Made by a program: the position numbers and the translations under genes. Shown piece by piece: positions 9,527-19,532 of a stretch of 64,000 bases of DNA. The notes under the pieces are model-generated. The model did not search any database, was not told the DNA's origin, and saw only the letters and a program-made list of their open reading frames with translations. Origin of the DNA: an uncultured Bacteroidales bacterium (lineage in GTDB: Bacteria > Bacteroidota > Bacteroidia > Bacteroidales > VadinHA17); NCBI GenBank assembly GCA_963719235.1, contig CAVRBS010000013.1, positions 71,708 to 135,707 on the forward strand, given 5' to 3'. How positions within the stretch are numbered: position 1 is the stretch's first letter; each line of letters begins with the position of its first letter.

Positions 9527-9745
9527 CCGGCGGTATGGGTCAGTTGCCTTGTGTCGCGGTGGCATGAGTTTTTGCCCTCGAGCTAGACGACCCTTATTGT
9601 TTTCTTTGTTTACAGAATTTTCAGGTAATGCAAAAACCATGACACCAGGGAGAGGGTAGGGCGGCCGGCGGCCGCAAAATTATCCCCCCTTACACAAATT
9701 TGGCATTGCCGGCCGAAGGCAATGACCTATACCGACTTGTTAGGC
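9527..9745 (-). repeat. attC-like structured repeat, family B (219 bp)
   Basis: Starts CTATAAC and ends GTTAGGC. Its interior is near-identical to 4077-4307. Confidence 0.85.
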
Positions 9746-9749
9746 ATTG

Positions 9750-10607
9750 TTAACCTTTCACAAATTCCCAATCTTTGACCTCTTCAAATGTTTTATAACC
9801 TTCTTGGACTGATGGATGCGTTAATACAAATTCTACACTTACTTCTAGTATTAATTCATCCGCAATACCGTTTTTAATAAACATAAAATTAAATCCTAAT
9901 TCATTTGCTCCAATTAGTCTATAGCCTTTCTTTTTAGCAAGTTTCACCATAGCTATAGGAGAGGCCCCATGATAAACGGGATGTCTTTTTGAATATTCAG
10001 ATTTAGGATCATAAGGAACGATGATATCATTTAAACCAAATTCATTATGAGTTTCAATAATAACGACTTTAGGATCAATGATTGATAGAGCATCCCAAAC
10101 CCAATAGTCATTACCATCAATATCAATTGAAAGGAGTCCAATCTCTCCACTAAATCCGGCTTTGCCAATTATTTGATTTACATTTTCGCGAGTAACCTTT
10201 TCACAAATGAATTTTGGTTTGTACTGCAATGGATTAGGGTATTTGTTATAGAAACGTCTACCACGTTTAACACTCCATTTGTCACAATCAATAAATAAAC
10301 CATACCAACCGAAATTGAAGAAGAGATTAGCACAATTGCTATTGATTCCGTCATTTGCACCAATTTCCACAAACTGTTTGTTATCCATACCGATTATTGA
10401 GAAGATGAACAGAAGTTTACCATCTTCTTCATTTTGTGAGAAGACCCGGAATCCAGTATCATTTAGGTTGAGTACCTTACCGGATTGAGCAAGATCTTGA
10501 TAATAATGAAAAAGTTTACGTTGCTGAATTTGGATCGATGGATTAAACCTATTCCGAATTTTCAGGATTAGGAACCAGTCCTTAATGATATGTTTTAGTA
10601 TGTTCAT
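9750..10607 (-). CDS. FkbM family methyltransferase
   Basis: 285 aa with a FVEIGANDG SAM-binding-like motif and FkbM-like length and organisation. Confidence 0.65.
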   Translation of the reverse strand: MNILKHIIKDWFLILKIRNRFNPSIQIQQRKLFHYYQDLAQSGKVLNLNDTGFRVFSQNEEDGKLLFIFSIIGMDNKQFVEIGANDGINSNCANLFFNFGWYGLFIDCDKWSVKRGRRFYNKYPNPLQYKPKFICEKVTRENVNQIIGKAGFSGEIGLLSIDIDGNDYWVWDALSIIDPKVVIIETHNEFGLNDIIVPYDPKSEYSKRHPVYHGASPIAMVKLAKKKGYRLIGANELGFNFMFIKNGIADELILEVSVEFVLTHPSVQEGYKTFEEVKDWEFVKG

Positions 10608-10631
10608 CTTAATTTGTTGACGGTTAATAAT

Positions 10632-10873
10632 GCCTAACGGCCCGGCGGTATGTGCAGTTGGCGCAGAGGTCGCGGTGGCGCGTGTTTTTGCACTCGTGGT
10701 GCGATGCAGGGTTACGATGTTATTACTTTATTCTCGCGTTGGCAAAAACCGTGACACCAGGAAGGAGTCCCCGGCGGGAGCCGGGGCGGCCGTGCGCCGC
10801 CACAAAATTTCTTCTTTATAACCAGATATTTTCGCGCCACGGAGCGGCAATTGCATATACCGACCTGTTAGTG
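10632..10873 (-). repeat. attC-like structured repeat, family C (242 bp)
   Basis: Starts GCCTAAC and ends GTTAGTG. CGGCGGTATGTGCAGTTGGCGC pairs with GCGGCAATTGCATATACCG. It has a CCCCGGC-GGGA-GCCGGGG hairpin. Confidence 0.85.
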
Positions 10874-10963
10874 GCCGTTTGTTTTGACATATTCGGAAAT
10901 CTTTTAATATAGATCCAATTAAACTGTAAAGAATAATTCGGATTTGGTAGCTTATTGCCCATA

Positions 10964-11269
10964 TCAAACTTCATAATATGATAAGAGAATTGCAGTAAGC
11001 AAACTTATCACAGCAAGAGCTGTCAATATCCTGTAGATGATCATATAGGTTTTGAAAAGCTTTCTAACCTTCTGGTCTTTCTCCAGTGCTATTAACTCCC
11101 TATATTTTTCATTGTCAAAGAGCAATATGGTAAATCGAAACTCCATTGATCCCTTGATAAGTTTCCTTGATGCCATATTCATTTTTATGATCAATGCCAT
11201 AATTACGGCTGCTCCGATTGAGATGAAGGCCAACAGACGAATGATTTGAAATTTGATAGAATCTTCCAT
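10964..11269 (-). CDS. Hypothetical small membrane protein
   Basis: 101 aa with two predicted transmembrane helices. Confidence 0.45.
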   Translation of the reverse strand: MEDSIKFQIIRLLAFISIGAAVIMALIIKMNMASRKLIKGSMEFRFTILLFDNEKYRELIALEKDQKVRKLFKTYMIIYRILTALAVISLLTAILLSYYEV

Positions 11270-11337
11270 GAATGGTAACCTATTATTTCATGTAAGGCTA
11301 AGTCTTATGTGAATTTGCATGGAAAGCATTTAATGGC

Positions 11338-11586
11338 CACTAACGGCCGGCGGTATGGGTCTGTTGCCTTGTGTCGCGGTGGCATGAGTTTTTGCCATCG
11401 AGCTTGACGACCACAATATTTCATTTTGATCACAGAATTTTCAGGTAATGCAAAAACCATGACACCATTGCGGGAGAACCCCGCCTGTGGCGGGGGCGGC
11501 CCGGCCAGCTAAGCTTACAGAACGAGGTTTCAATTATCATCAGTCGTGCTGGCCGGAAGGCAATGACCTATACCGACTTGTTATGT
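11338..11586 (-). repeat. attC-like structured repeat, family B (249 bp)
   Basis: Starts CACTAAC and ends GTTATGT. It has a CCCCGCC-TGT-GGCGGGG hairpin and a CCGGCCAGC/GCTGGCCGG stem. Confidence 0.85.
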
Positions 11587-11678
11587 GCAGGCATTTATTT
11601 TATCTATAATGGTTATCGTTTATATCAAATGAGAAGGAGCATAATCAATAGTAAAGCTATGAATCAGATTCGGGTATT

Positions 11679-11981
11679 TCAATTATGTTGAGATTTATGA
11701 CATAAATCGCAGACGGAGACTAGCCATTTAATGGGTTCCTTTCCGAGGTTCTTTTTTGCATATTTCTTGTGGTGGACTTGGGTTGCAGGTGCTCCACAGT
11801 ATACACAATGCCAGTTATCTCGTTTGAGCACTACATATCGCTTACGTTTCCAATCATCTGATTTTAAATACTCGTTTCGGTAATAGTTTCGACGGCGTGC
11901 ACGCTTAATATATAACGACCAAAGTGATAAAACCAATAAGACAACGAAAATGATTACAACGATTAGGATCTGATTTTCCAT
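11679..11981 (-). CDS. HNH endonuclease-domain protein with an N-terminal transmembrane helix
   Basis: 100 aa with WHCVYCG...VHHKKY...CDLCHKSQH (an HNH/zinc-finger pattern) after a hydrophobic N-terminus. Confidence 0.6.
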   Translation of the reverse strand: MENQILIVVIIFVVLLVLSLWSLYIKRARRRNYYRNEYLKSDDWKRKRYVVLKRDNWHCVYCGAPATQVHHKKYAKKNLGKEPIKWLVSVCDLCHKSQHN

Positions 11982-12071
11982 AATATTGTCTAAATGGATA
12001 TTATTTGGCGAGCACAGGATGCTGTCAATTTTCTTATAGGCTCTTCTCCCTTTTTATGCGACTTTGCTTGC

Positions 12072-12314
12072 ACATAACGGTCGGCGGTATGTGCAGTTGG
12101 CGCAGAGTCGCGGTGGCACGCGTTTTTGCACTCGTGGTGCGGTGCAGGAATATGCTGTTATTAGTTTATTCTCGCGTTGGCAAAAACCGTGACACCAGGA
12201 GGGAGTCCCCGGCGCCAGCCGGGGCAGGCCGCACCGCCGGCCACTTAACGGTCCTCTTTAGCCAGAAAATTCTCGCGGTGCGGAGCGCCAATTGCATATA
12301 CCGACCTGTTAGCA
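12072..12314 (-). repeat. attC-like structured repeat, family C (243 bp)
   Basis: Starts ACATAAC and ends GTTAGCA. It is alignable to 10632-10873. Confidence 0.85.
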
Positions 12315-12326
12315 AACGTAACAGTT

Positions 12327-12931
12327 TTATACAATGTCAATTAGCTCTTTTAACTTTTTAATGCTCAGTTTCTTAGGTTTAATGGTTATCAGACTAGGGC
12401 CAGAGTAGTAACGAATAAATAGCTGGTTTGCCTCTTTGATTTCCATTACTATTGAAACCGGTATTTCATAACTGAACCTAGTAATTTTTCTGTTATTTTC
12501 TGAATACCCTGTTGTTACAGAAACAGTTGTTGAATCTGAGGTTGGAATATCCGTTGTGTTTTCTGAGATAGTTTTCACATTTTCAAGTTCAATTTTATCA
12601 ATAGCCATGGGGTATGGCTTATTATCAATAATCAGGATTACCTTTTCATCAAGCTTGAAGCTGGAACTAGTTAGGAATAAGACATCATAGGCACGATATG
12701 ACACATCATTATTTTGATCTATTTCCTTGACGATTGACTGTGTAAAGAAATAGATTGGTGTTCGGTGATCTCGATCTTTGTAATCATATTTAAGTTCAAA
12801 TCTTTTGGTTGAGTAAACAATATCATCTTCTGAGTAGATCTTGTTAAGGTGGAGCAACTGGATAACATTGCACAAACCAGGCCTATTCCTAGGACTTGGT
12901 AGGGTACACCAATTTTGCATTGCTTTTTCAT
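12327..12931 (-). CDS. Hypothetical lipoprotein (apparent frameshift near 12850)
   Basis: The signal peptide and lipobox (AMLSSCS) lie in ORF 12719..12931. The body lies in ORF 12327..12920 in another frame. Confidence 0.45.
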
Positions 12932-12965
12932 TTCAGTTTATTATCAATTATTTACATGTTATGTT

Positions 12966-13359
12966 TGCTAACGGCCCGGCAATAAGGGTAGGTTGCGTTA
13001 CCCGACGTTAGCACCGGCCACCGTCCTGGTGCTTTAGCCAAAAAATAGTCCCGGTGCAAGGAGGGTATGGCACGCGTTTTTGCCGTCATGGTGCAAATTT
13101 TATTGAGCATTACGAGTGTCGCGGTACAAGTTTTATAGGTGGATGGGAAACTGTCTCGGTTGCAGGAAACTTGTAAATGGGCACTGGCGCAGTGTCGCGG
13201 TACAAACTGTCTCGAAGCCATAAAATAGTCTTGGTGTAGGAATTAACTTACGTACAGCTGCGCGTATCCGGGTGCCATGGCCATTATGAATTTGTCTTGG
13301 TAGCAGGATTAAAAGCAAAAACCGTGACAAGCAACTTACCCTTATTGTCCGTGTTATGC
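12966..13359 (-). repeat. attC-like structured repeat, family A (394 bp)
   Basis: Starts TGCTAAC and ends GTTATGC. It is alignable to the other family A copies. Confidence 0.85.
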
Positions 13360-13367
13360 CACGTAGG

Positions 13368-14504
13368 TTATTTAGTTTTATTCAATTTAGTTTCAAGCCT
13401 CTTTGGAATCATATCTTTATTAACCATTACTGAAATTGTTTTTAAAAGCAGATATTTTTCAGACATATAAATATATCCCCCACAATCATTATTATTACCC
13501 TCCGAATTTTTAAGAATGTAATATGCATTACCATTTTTATCTTTAGCAAGTCCAATTAAGTGCATATTATGGTCATCTTGCGTGGTGAAATTATCAAATG
13601 TAAGCTGCCTCATTTCTTGAGTAATGGAAGAATCATGTATTAAATTCCCCGCTTAGTTCTGCAATACCTTTTTCATCTTCGAATCCTGAATTCAGAGACG
13701 TCACCGTCCCAACAAAGCGAATATCCTTGTTTGAGGGCGTTATCGATAACTTCTTTAAAATCCTGTATTGGAAGGTTTAAATAAAAGTTATGATTCCAGT
13801 TCGCCGGGATTTCTAAAATAATTTTTTGATAAAATGGATGATGATTATAACTTGTAATTTCAGTGTAATCGTCTGGGTTTATCCCAATCTTTTCTGCAGC
13901 AAAGGTAATTGGAGTATAACTTTTCCCTTCATAAATAAAGGAATCAGGAGGGTTTCCAAGATATGCATTCAAAGTAGAACTCTATTGATTTTTTCCAACT
14001 GTCCTGTTTTATCTTACCATAATCTGATGCTCCAACTGATTTTACCATTGCAAATAAAAGATTGTCCATTTCGTAATGGTCATGTTTATATTCGCCAAGT
14101 ATTATTCCATTATAAAACTCTTCAGGTATTGCACCATATTTTTTATATGTATTCATTACACTAAATGTTAAATCCCCCTCAGCAAAGTAGCTATTACCAT
14201 GTAATCTAATATACTTATCTGCTTTGGCAATATATGCTGGGGTTACATAAAAAATAGGAGAAAGTATTACAGGTTCTTTACCTAATCTAATCGCTTCTGT
14301 TTCAATAAATGAAGTAGTCGCAAAACTCCAGCATGTTCCTGATGATTGTTGGTTCTTTATCGATGTGCTTTCAATTAGTTTTATAACCTTAAATCCTTCT
14401 TTTTGTTGGGAATATGTTATTAAACTAATGGGAAAATAGAAGAAAATAAAAAGAGTAAAAATTCTTGTGTTCATGTTTTTTGTTAATGATAGTAAAATTT
14501 TCAA
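13368..14504 (-). pseudogene. C1 family (aminopeptidase C / bleomycin hydrolase-like) cysteine peptidase, split into three frames
   Basis: The active-site motif QQSSGTCWSFATT is in 13944..14504. The middle part is in 13673..13972. The C-terminal His region (HNMHLIGLAKDKNGNAYY) is in 13368..13613. Confidence 0.75.
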
Positions 14505-14528
14505 TTAGTTGCACGGCCTTTCTATGTG

Positions 14529-14829
14529 GCATAACGTTTGGCCGGTATGGGTCAGTTGCCGCAGGATAGGGGTGAGGTGGTTTTGCACTCCAGCGGTGCC
14601 TGGTATTGCTTTAGAATACGATAAACTATCATCTTATTACTTTATCAGCCGCTCGATCCATGTGACCACAAATTTGTTACGCAGCAAAAGCGGCTAAAAT
14701 AGAATGTAACGTGCAAAACCATCTCACCGGTAGGGTTGACCCGGCCAGGTAAGTTTACTGAATGAGTTCGTTATATTTACTATTGGTCGCGCTGGCCGGA
14801 AGGCAATGACCTATACCGGCCTGTTAGGG
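14529..14829 (-). repeat. attC-like structured repeat, family B (divergent copy, 301 bp)
   Basis: Starts GCATAAC and ends GTTAGGG. The internal stem is replaced on both sides: GGTGAGGTGGTTTTGCAC pairs with GTGCAAAACCATCTCACC. This is a compensatory change relative to the other B copies. Confidence 0.8.
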
Positions 14830-15096
14830 ATTGTAGCGGCAGCTTATGTTTATCTGGTTACTGATGGTTATGCGTAGTAAAAACCTACTTAAAGAAATTT
14901 TCTCTGATTGCCACGTATGTGGTATAAACCACAGGCCATTTAAATGAAACAGATTGAAAAGGTGTGGGCCAGCCCAGCTATAGAGTTAATCTGAAGCATT
15001 CGAGCAGTTAAATGTTTAAACAAGGGCGCGCAGGCAGCTATTGGCCGCGATTGTCATGAGGGGTCTTTTTATAAGTCATTTCTCTGCCGCTATTGG
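14830..15096 (-). repeat. ORF-less cassette body, paralog 2 of 3 (only the ends are conserved)
   Basis: It has the same 18-nt terminal inverted repeat as the other two paralogs (GTTAGGGATTGTAGCGGC ... GCCGCTATTGGCCCTAAC). Confidence 0.6.
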
Positions 15097-15325
15097 CCCT
15101 AACGTTTGGCCGGTATGGGTCAGTTGCCTTGTGTCGCGGTGGCATGTGTTTTTGCCATCGAGCTTGACGACCGCGGATTTTCATTTTGATAACAGAATTT
15201 TCAGGTTATGCAAAAACCATGACACCATGAAGGGAGGGCCCGGCCAGCACTTTGAAAATTTACTTACATATTACTAAATTGTCCCGCTGAGCCGGAAGGC
15301 AATGACCTATACCGGCCTGTTAGGG
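15097..15325 (-). repeat. attC-like structured repeat, family B (229 bp)
   Basis: Starts CCCTAAC and ends GTTAGGG. It has B-type termini and boxes. Confidence 0.85.
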
Positions 15326-15597
15326 ATTGTAGTGGCGTAAGAATTTCTCGCGGTGCAGGTATAGTTGTTTTACCAAAATATTGAAGCGAACGAAAATCAA
15401 TTTTTATCACCCGCGTTACTGACTCTTGAGCGGAGAACTAATGTCTCCTGTTGCGTGAAATAGCCGTGTCGTGATAGAAGGTTTGTTATTCTCCTCATGC
15501 ACTTAGTTTTCTAGGTCAAGGCGGGAGGGGAGAAAGCCCGCAGCGTGACGAAGTGATGATTCTCTATATCTGTATGGCTCGCTAACGCCACTATTAG
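15326..15597 (-). repeat. ORF-less cassette body, paralog 3 of 3
   Basis: See 4308-4583. The homologous blocks occur in the same order. Confidence 0.7.
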
Positions 15598-15840
15598 CCC
15601 TAACGGTCGGCGGTATGTGCAGTTGGCTCAGAGTCGCGGTGGCGCGTGTTTTTGCACTCGTGGTGCGGTGCAGGATTATGCGGTTATTACTTTATTCTCG
15701 CGTTGGCAAAAACCGTGACACCAGGAGGGAGTGCCCCGCGGCAGCCGGGGCCGGCCTGTGCCGCCACCACTAAACCTGTCGTCTTTAGCTACAAGGTTTT
15801 CGCGGCACAGAAGCCAATTGCATATACCGACCTGTTACAG
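15598..15840 (-). repeat. attC-like structured repeat, family C (243 bp)
   Basis: Starts CCCTAAC and ends GTTACAG. The stop codon of ORF 15835..16341 lies inside the right core (CTGTAAC on the minus strand). Confidence 0.85.
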
Positions 15841-16341
15841 GGCGTTTAGTTTATTGTTAAGTATCTCTCTTAAATCATCAATTTGTTTATTTCTGGCAAT
15901 AATTTCTCCGTTTGGTGATATTAACAGTAAAGATGGATAGCTACTAATCTTTAGTTTTTCTGTGATAGAGTTTTTATCAAATTGAGTTTGATTAACAAAT
16001 AGGTGCTTCCAATCCATTTTATTTTCATTTGTAAAATCAAATACAATTTTTGGATCACTATCAAATGCTATACTGATTAATACGAAATTTTTGTCTTTGT
16101 AATCATTGTTTAAATCCTGAAGTTCAGGTATTAGCTTTATACATGGATTACACCATGTACCCCAAAAGTCAAATAAGATATATTTGCCCTCATAGTCCTT
16201 AAAAGTAAATAGTGATTTATCAAGGTAATACGCATTGAACTTTGGTACATAGAAGCCTTCTGTGAAGCCATAAGGATGAGAATTCTTACCAACATATTCA
16301 AGGAATATGCTATCACCCCATTTGGAGATCGAGTGAATCAC
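15835..16341 (-). CDS. TlpA family thiol-disulfide oxidoreductase (thioredoxin fold)
   Basis: 168 aa with a FWGTWCNPC CxxC motif. Confidence 0.8.
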   Translation of the reverse strand: MIHSISKWGDSIFLEYVGKNSHPYGFTEGFYVPKFNAYYLDKSLFTFKDYEGKYILFDFWGTWCNPCIKLIPELQDLNNDYKDKNFVLISIAFDSDPKIVFDFTNENKMDWKHLFVNQTQFDKNSITEKLKISSYPSLLLISPNGEIIARNKQIDDLREILNNKLNAL

Positions 16342-17171
16342 GTAATCATTACCCTTGACATTGAAAATATCCCCATTCCAAACGGAATGTCCCCATTTAA
16401 TTCAGAAGGCACGATACCTGTCTTTGGGAAAATAAAAAGTTTTGTTCTATTAGGCTCATAAATATTACCTGAGAAATAATTGGATGCAGTAACTTCACAT
16501 TTAGTCTTGTTCAGTGAAATGACTCCTTGTTTATATTCCGGGAAGCTGACAAAAAGGAAAAACTTCTTTTCAACCTCATTATCAGTATTATAATTAATGC
16601 CCATTGTCCCCTTATAAGGGCTTGGCATTATTTTTACAGACTTTGTTTGTACCTCATCATTTTCAAAATACTCATACTGGGTTAGTATAATAGGCAAATT
16701 TTGTTCTATTTCTTTCTGTTTCTCGATAGGAATGGGATAGTCATATTCGTTGATTTTTTCGTCGGCGAAGTCTTCATCATTATCTGAATCTACGATAATT
16801 ACTCGCCTACCGTTTTTGTCTCCAATCAGAACCAGAACTTTGCAATCAACATCCACATTCGCGAGTGTTGTTGTATCAATTTTGTAGTAGTCAATTATCT
16901 GATTAATAGTGTTTTTGTCTATCTGTTTGTTTAAATATCGGTTCCAATAATATTGATCTGGTTGCAGGGCAAGGCTTCTTACAACAAACTCAGACATATC
17001 AATGGGTACGTTTCGATAGTAAGCCGAGTCATTAATTGGGAATAATATCCTATTCCCGGGTAGAAATACGCCATAACCATCAACTGATTTGAGATCTACC
17101 TTTAGGTTTGTTGTTTTGTTTGTGCAAGAAGTTAGTAGTAGGAAAAGAATCAAAAATATATTGTTTTTCAT
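16338..17171 (-). CDS. Hypothetical lipoprotein (co-cassette with the TlpA-like gene; 4-nt overlap)
   Basis: 277 aa with a signal peptide and an LTSC lipobox. Confidence 0.55.
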   Translation of the reverse strand: MKNNIFLILFLLLTSCTNKTTNLKVDLKSVDGYGVFLPGNRILFPINDSAYYRNVPIDMSEFVVRSLALQPDQYYWNRYLNKQIDKNTINQIIDYYKIDTTTLANVDVDCKVLVLIGDKNGRRVIIVDSDNDEDFADEKINEYDYPIPIEKQKEIEQNLPIILTQYEYFENDEVQTKSVKIMPSPYKGTMGINYNTDNEVEKKFFLFVSFPEYKQGVISLNKTKCEVTASNYFSGNIYEPNRTKLFIFPKTGIVPSELNGDIPFGMGIFSMSRVMIT

Positions 17172-17194
17172 GTTTACGAAAATTTTAAAATGCC

Positions 17195-17439
17195 CTGTAA
17201 CGTTCGGCGGTATGTGCAGTTGGCGCAGAGTTGCGGTGGCGCGTGTTTTTGCACTCGTGGTGCGATGCAGGGTTATGATGGTTAGTTAGTTTATTCTCGC
17301 GTTGGCAAAAACCGTGACACCAAGAGGGAGTCCCCGGCTGGAGCCGGGGCAGGCCGCACCGCCGACCACTTAACGGTCCTCTTTAGCCAGAAAGTTCTCG
17401 CGGTGCGGAAAGCCAATTGCATATACCGACCTGTTGTGC
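17195..17439 (-). repeat. attC-like structured repeat, family C (245 bp)
   Basis: Starts CTGTAAC and ends GTTGTGC. It is alignable to the other family C copies. Confidence 0.85.
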
Positions 17440-17668
17440 CTTGTTGCCTTTACTTTACATCAATTGAGTTGTTTTTTTCTTTAAGCATTGAAATGAACTT
17501 TTCCTGGTTTTCTGGACTAATTGATATTGAACTGCCATTACCATATGATATCTCCATGCATTTCCATGACAAAGTTGGTTTGATTATCCCGCCAACAGTA
17601 TCTTGATCTAGTCTAATTGCTTTAATCTCTGGTAATATGGACAGTTTTATGCATTGGGCCTGAATTTA

Positions 17669-17893
17669 TTAGTAAATCGTCAGCTTCAATGCAGATAATA
17701 AGTATTGGTCCAGAACCAAATAAACAAACCAATTACCAGAAATAGTAATTATTGCGCTTATTAGAAAATATACTATTGAAAAATTACCAGCAATTAATGG
17801 TATTCCAAAAGCACAGAAAATAAGTAAAGAACTTACTATAAGGAGTAAAATTCCAAATCCCTTAGACTTGCGTGAACTGAATTTCTCTATCAT
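17669..17893 (-). CDS. Hypothetical small membrane protein
   Basis: 74 aa with two predicted transmembrane helices. Confidence 0.4.
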   Translation of the reverse strand: MIEKFSSRKSKGFGILLLIVSSLLIFCAFGIPLIAGNFSIVYFLISAIITISGNWFVYLVLDQYLLSALKLTIY

Positions 17894-17942
17894 GATGCAT
17901 GTTGATTAAATCGGTTCTGATTGAGTTCTGTTATGCAATTAG

Positions 17943-18191
17943 GCACAACGGGCGGCGGTATGGGTCAGTTGCCTTGTGTCGCGGTGGCATGAGTTTTTGC
18001 CATCGAGATTGACGACCACAGAATTACATTTTGATAACAGAATTTTCAGGTAATGCAAAAACCATGACACCACTGCGGGAGACCCCGCCAGTGGCGGGGG
18101 CAACCCGGCCAGCTAAGCTTACAGAAAGAAGTTTCAAATTAACATAAGTCGTGCTGGCCGGAAGGCAATGACCTATACCGACCTGTTGTGT
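17943..18191 (-). repeat. attC-like structured repeat, family B (249 bp)
   Basis: Starts GCACAAC and ends GTTGTGT. Its interior is nearly identical to 11338-11586 and 19533-19784. Confidence 0.85.
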
Positions 18192-18197
18192 GCTGGA

Positions 18198-18758
18198 GGT
18201 TATCTAAAAGCATGATTTTATGTGGATCCTGACGAGTGTCGTAAATCCTCAGAATATCAATATGATCTTTGCTATCTCTATAAAACAAAGAATTATGCTT
18301 GGTTACAGACAACCTTTCTGATTCTCTTCTTCTTGTAGATCAAAGGATATTGCTTTAGATTTCAGATACTTTGATTAATTAAGTGCTCTGTAACGGTCGA
18401 TGAATTGGTTAACTGACCTTGTAATCCCAATTAATACTAAGATTAGGCTATGGATTTGATTAAAGTCTTTTTCAGAGAAGTGGATGACACAGATAACGTG
18501 TTTATGCACGGGAATACTTTTTACGGTATTTGGATATTATCGCATTGATAGGGAAATCCCTTTGCCCGTTTCTATTTCTTCAATTGCCTCAAAAATACCG
18601 TTCCTCTGAGTATCAGTAAGTTGAGATATCCCAATTTGTCAACTCTTTCTGACCATTGATAAAGTTGACAACCACACCGTATAATTCTTCTAACTTGCTC
18701 TTTTCAAGCAAGATTTATCTGACGGAAATATTCTAAGTTTTATATCTGAAGTGGTCAT
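18198..18758 (-). pseudogene. Degraded type II toxin-antitoxin pair (RelE/ParE-like toxin plus addiction-module antitoxin-like)
   Basis: Minus-strand translation gives ...LTDTQRNGIFEAIEEIETGKGISL... It is followed, across several stops and frameshifts, by ...SLFYRDSKDHIDILRIYDTRQDPHKIM, which resembles a ParE/RelE C-terminus. Confidence 0.35.
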
Positions 18759-18828
18759 TTTACTTATTTAATTACAAAGGTTACAAAATTTAAGCCAATG
18801 ATTAATTAAGGATTCGTTATGCCCTGGC

Positions 18829-19071
18829 ACATAACGTTCGGCGGTATGTGGCGTTGGCGCAGAGTCGCGGTGGCGCGTGTTTTTGCACTCGTGATGCGGT
18901 GCAGGGTTATACGGTTATTACTTTATTCTCGCGTTGGCAAAAACCGTGACACCAGGAGGGAGCCCCCGGCGGGAGCCGGGGCAGGCCGTACCGCCGACCA
19001 CTTAGCGGTCCTCTTTAGCCAGAAAGATCTCGCGGTACGGAGAGCCAATGACATATACCGACCTGTTAGGC
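18829..19071 (-). repeat. attC-like structured repeat, family C (243 bp)
   Basis: Starts ACATAAC and ends GTTAGGC. It is alignable to the other family C copies. Confidence 0.85.
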
Positions 19072-19076
19072 AACGT

Positions 19077-19467
19077 TTATTTTAAGACAGTTACTATTTT
19101 CAATTGATTCAAATACAGGCTAATTCCATTCTCCTCAATACATAATAGAAATACTTCATCAGCACTACTAATTAGCCCGTCAGATGATGAATTAGCTATT
19201 TCGGAGAATGTGATTTGGTAGTCACTGTTAAAGACAACTTTATATTTTACTGTTGCAACGAATGGCCTTCCGGATCCGAAAATTTTCCGGACGATGTAAT
19301 AGTCTTGCTTTTCCTTAATAAGCGTGATGCTTTGACCTGCAAAACGGTCAATGATCTGTATTTCATGGTCTAAGTAGTCTTTAATTTTTGACTTTATTAT
19401 CTTTTATTTGTGCTGGAAGGGAGCAAGCTACTAGAACCAACAAAAGGACTGGGATTAGTTTATACAT
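19077..19467 (-). pseudogene. Hypothetical lipoprotein, interrupted
   Basis: The minus strand reads MYKLIPVLLLVLVACSLPAQIKDNKVKN-stop. It then continues in another frame (KDYLDHEIQIIDRFAGQSITL...VTVLK-stop). Confidence 0.3.
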
Positions 19468-19532
19468 GCTTTAATAGATTTAATTCTATTTTGTGGGTCA
19501 ATAAGGAACTCTCATCCCTATTTCATAATGTT

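Noticed and set aside
10630-10821. ORFs lying inside the repeat elements (for example 1785..1997, 2998..3237, 6049..6327, 10630..10821, 12005..12361, 15646..15849, 17089..17289, 18819..19085, 3907..4206, 4203..4505)
   Set aside because: They exist only because the GC-rich repeat is repeated. Copies differ by indels that break the frames. Conservation is at the nucleotide and structure level. They run opposite to all real cassette genes.
17440-17668. A possible small ORF downstream of 17669..17893 (minus strand, ending ...SPENQEKFISMLKEKNNSIDVK-stop)
   Set aside because: The only in-frame ATG gives 35 aa. The longer frame has no start codon and begins directly after a double stop. The evidence is insufficient to call a gene.
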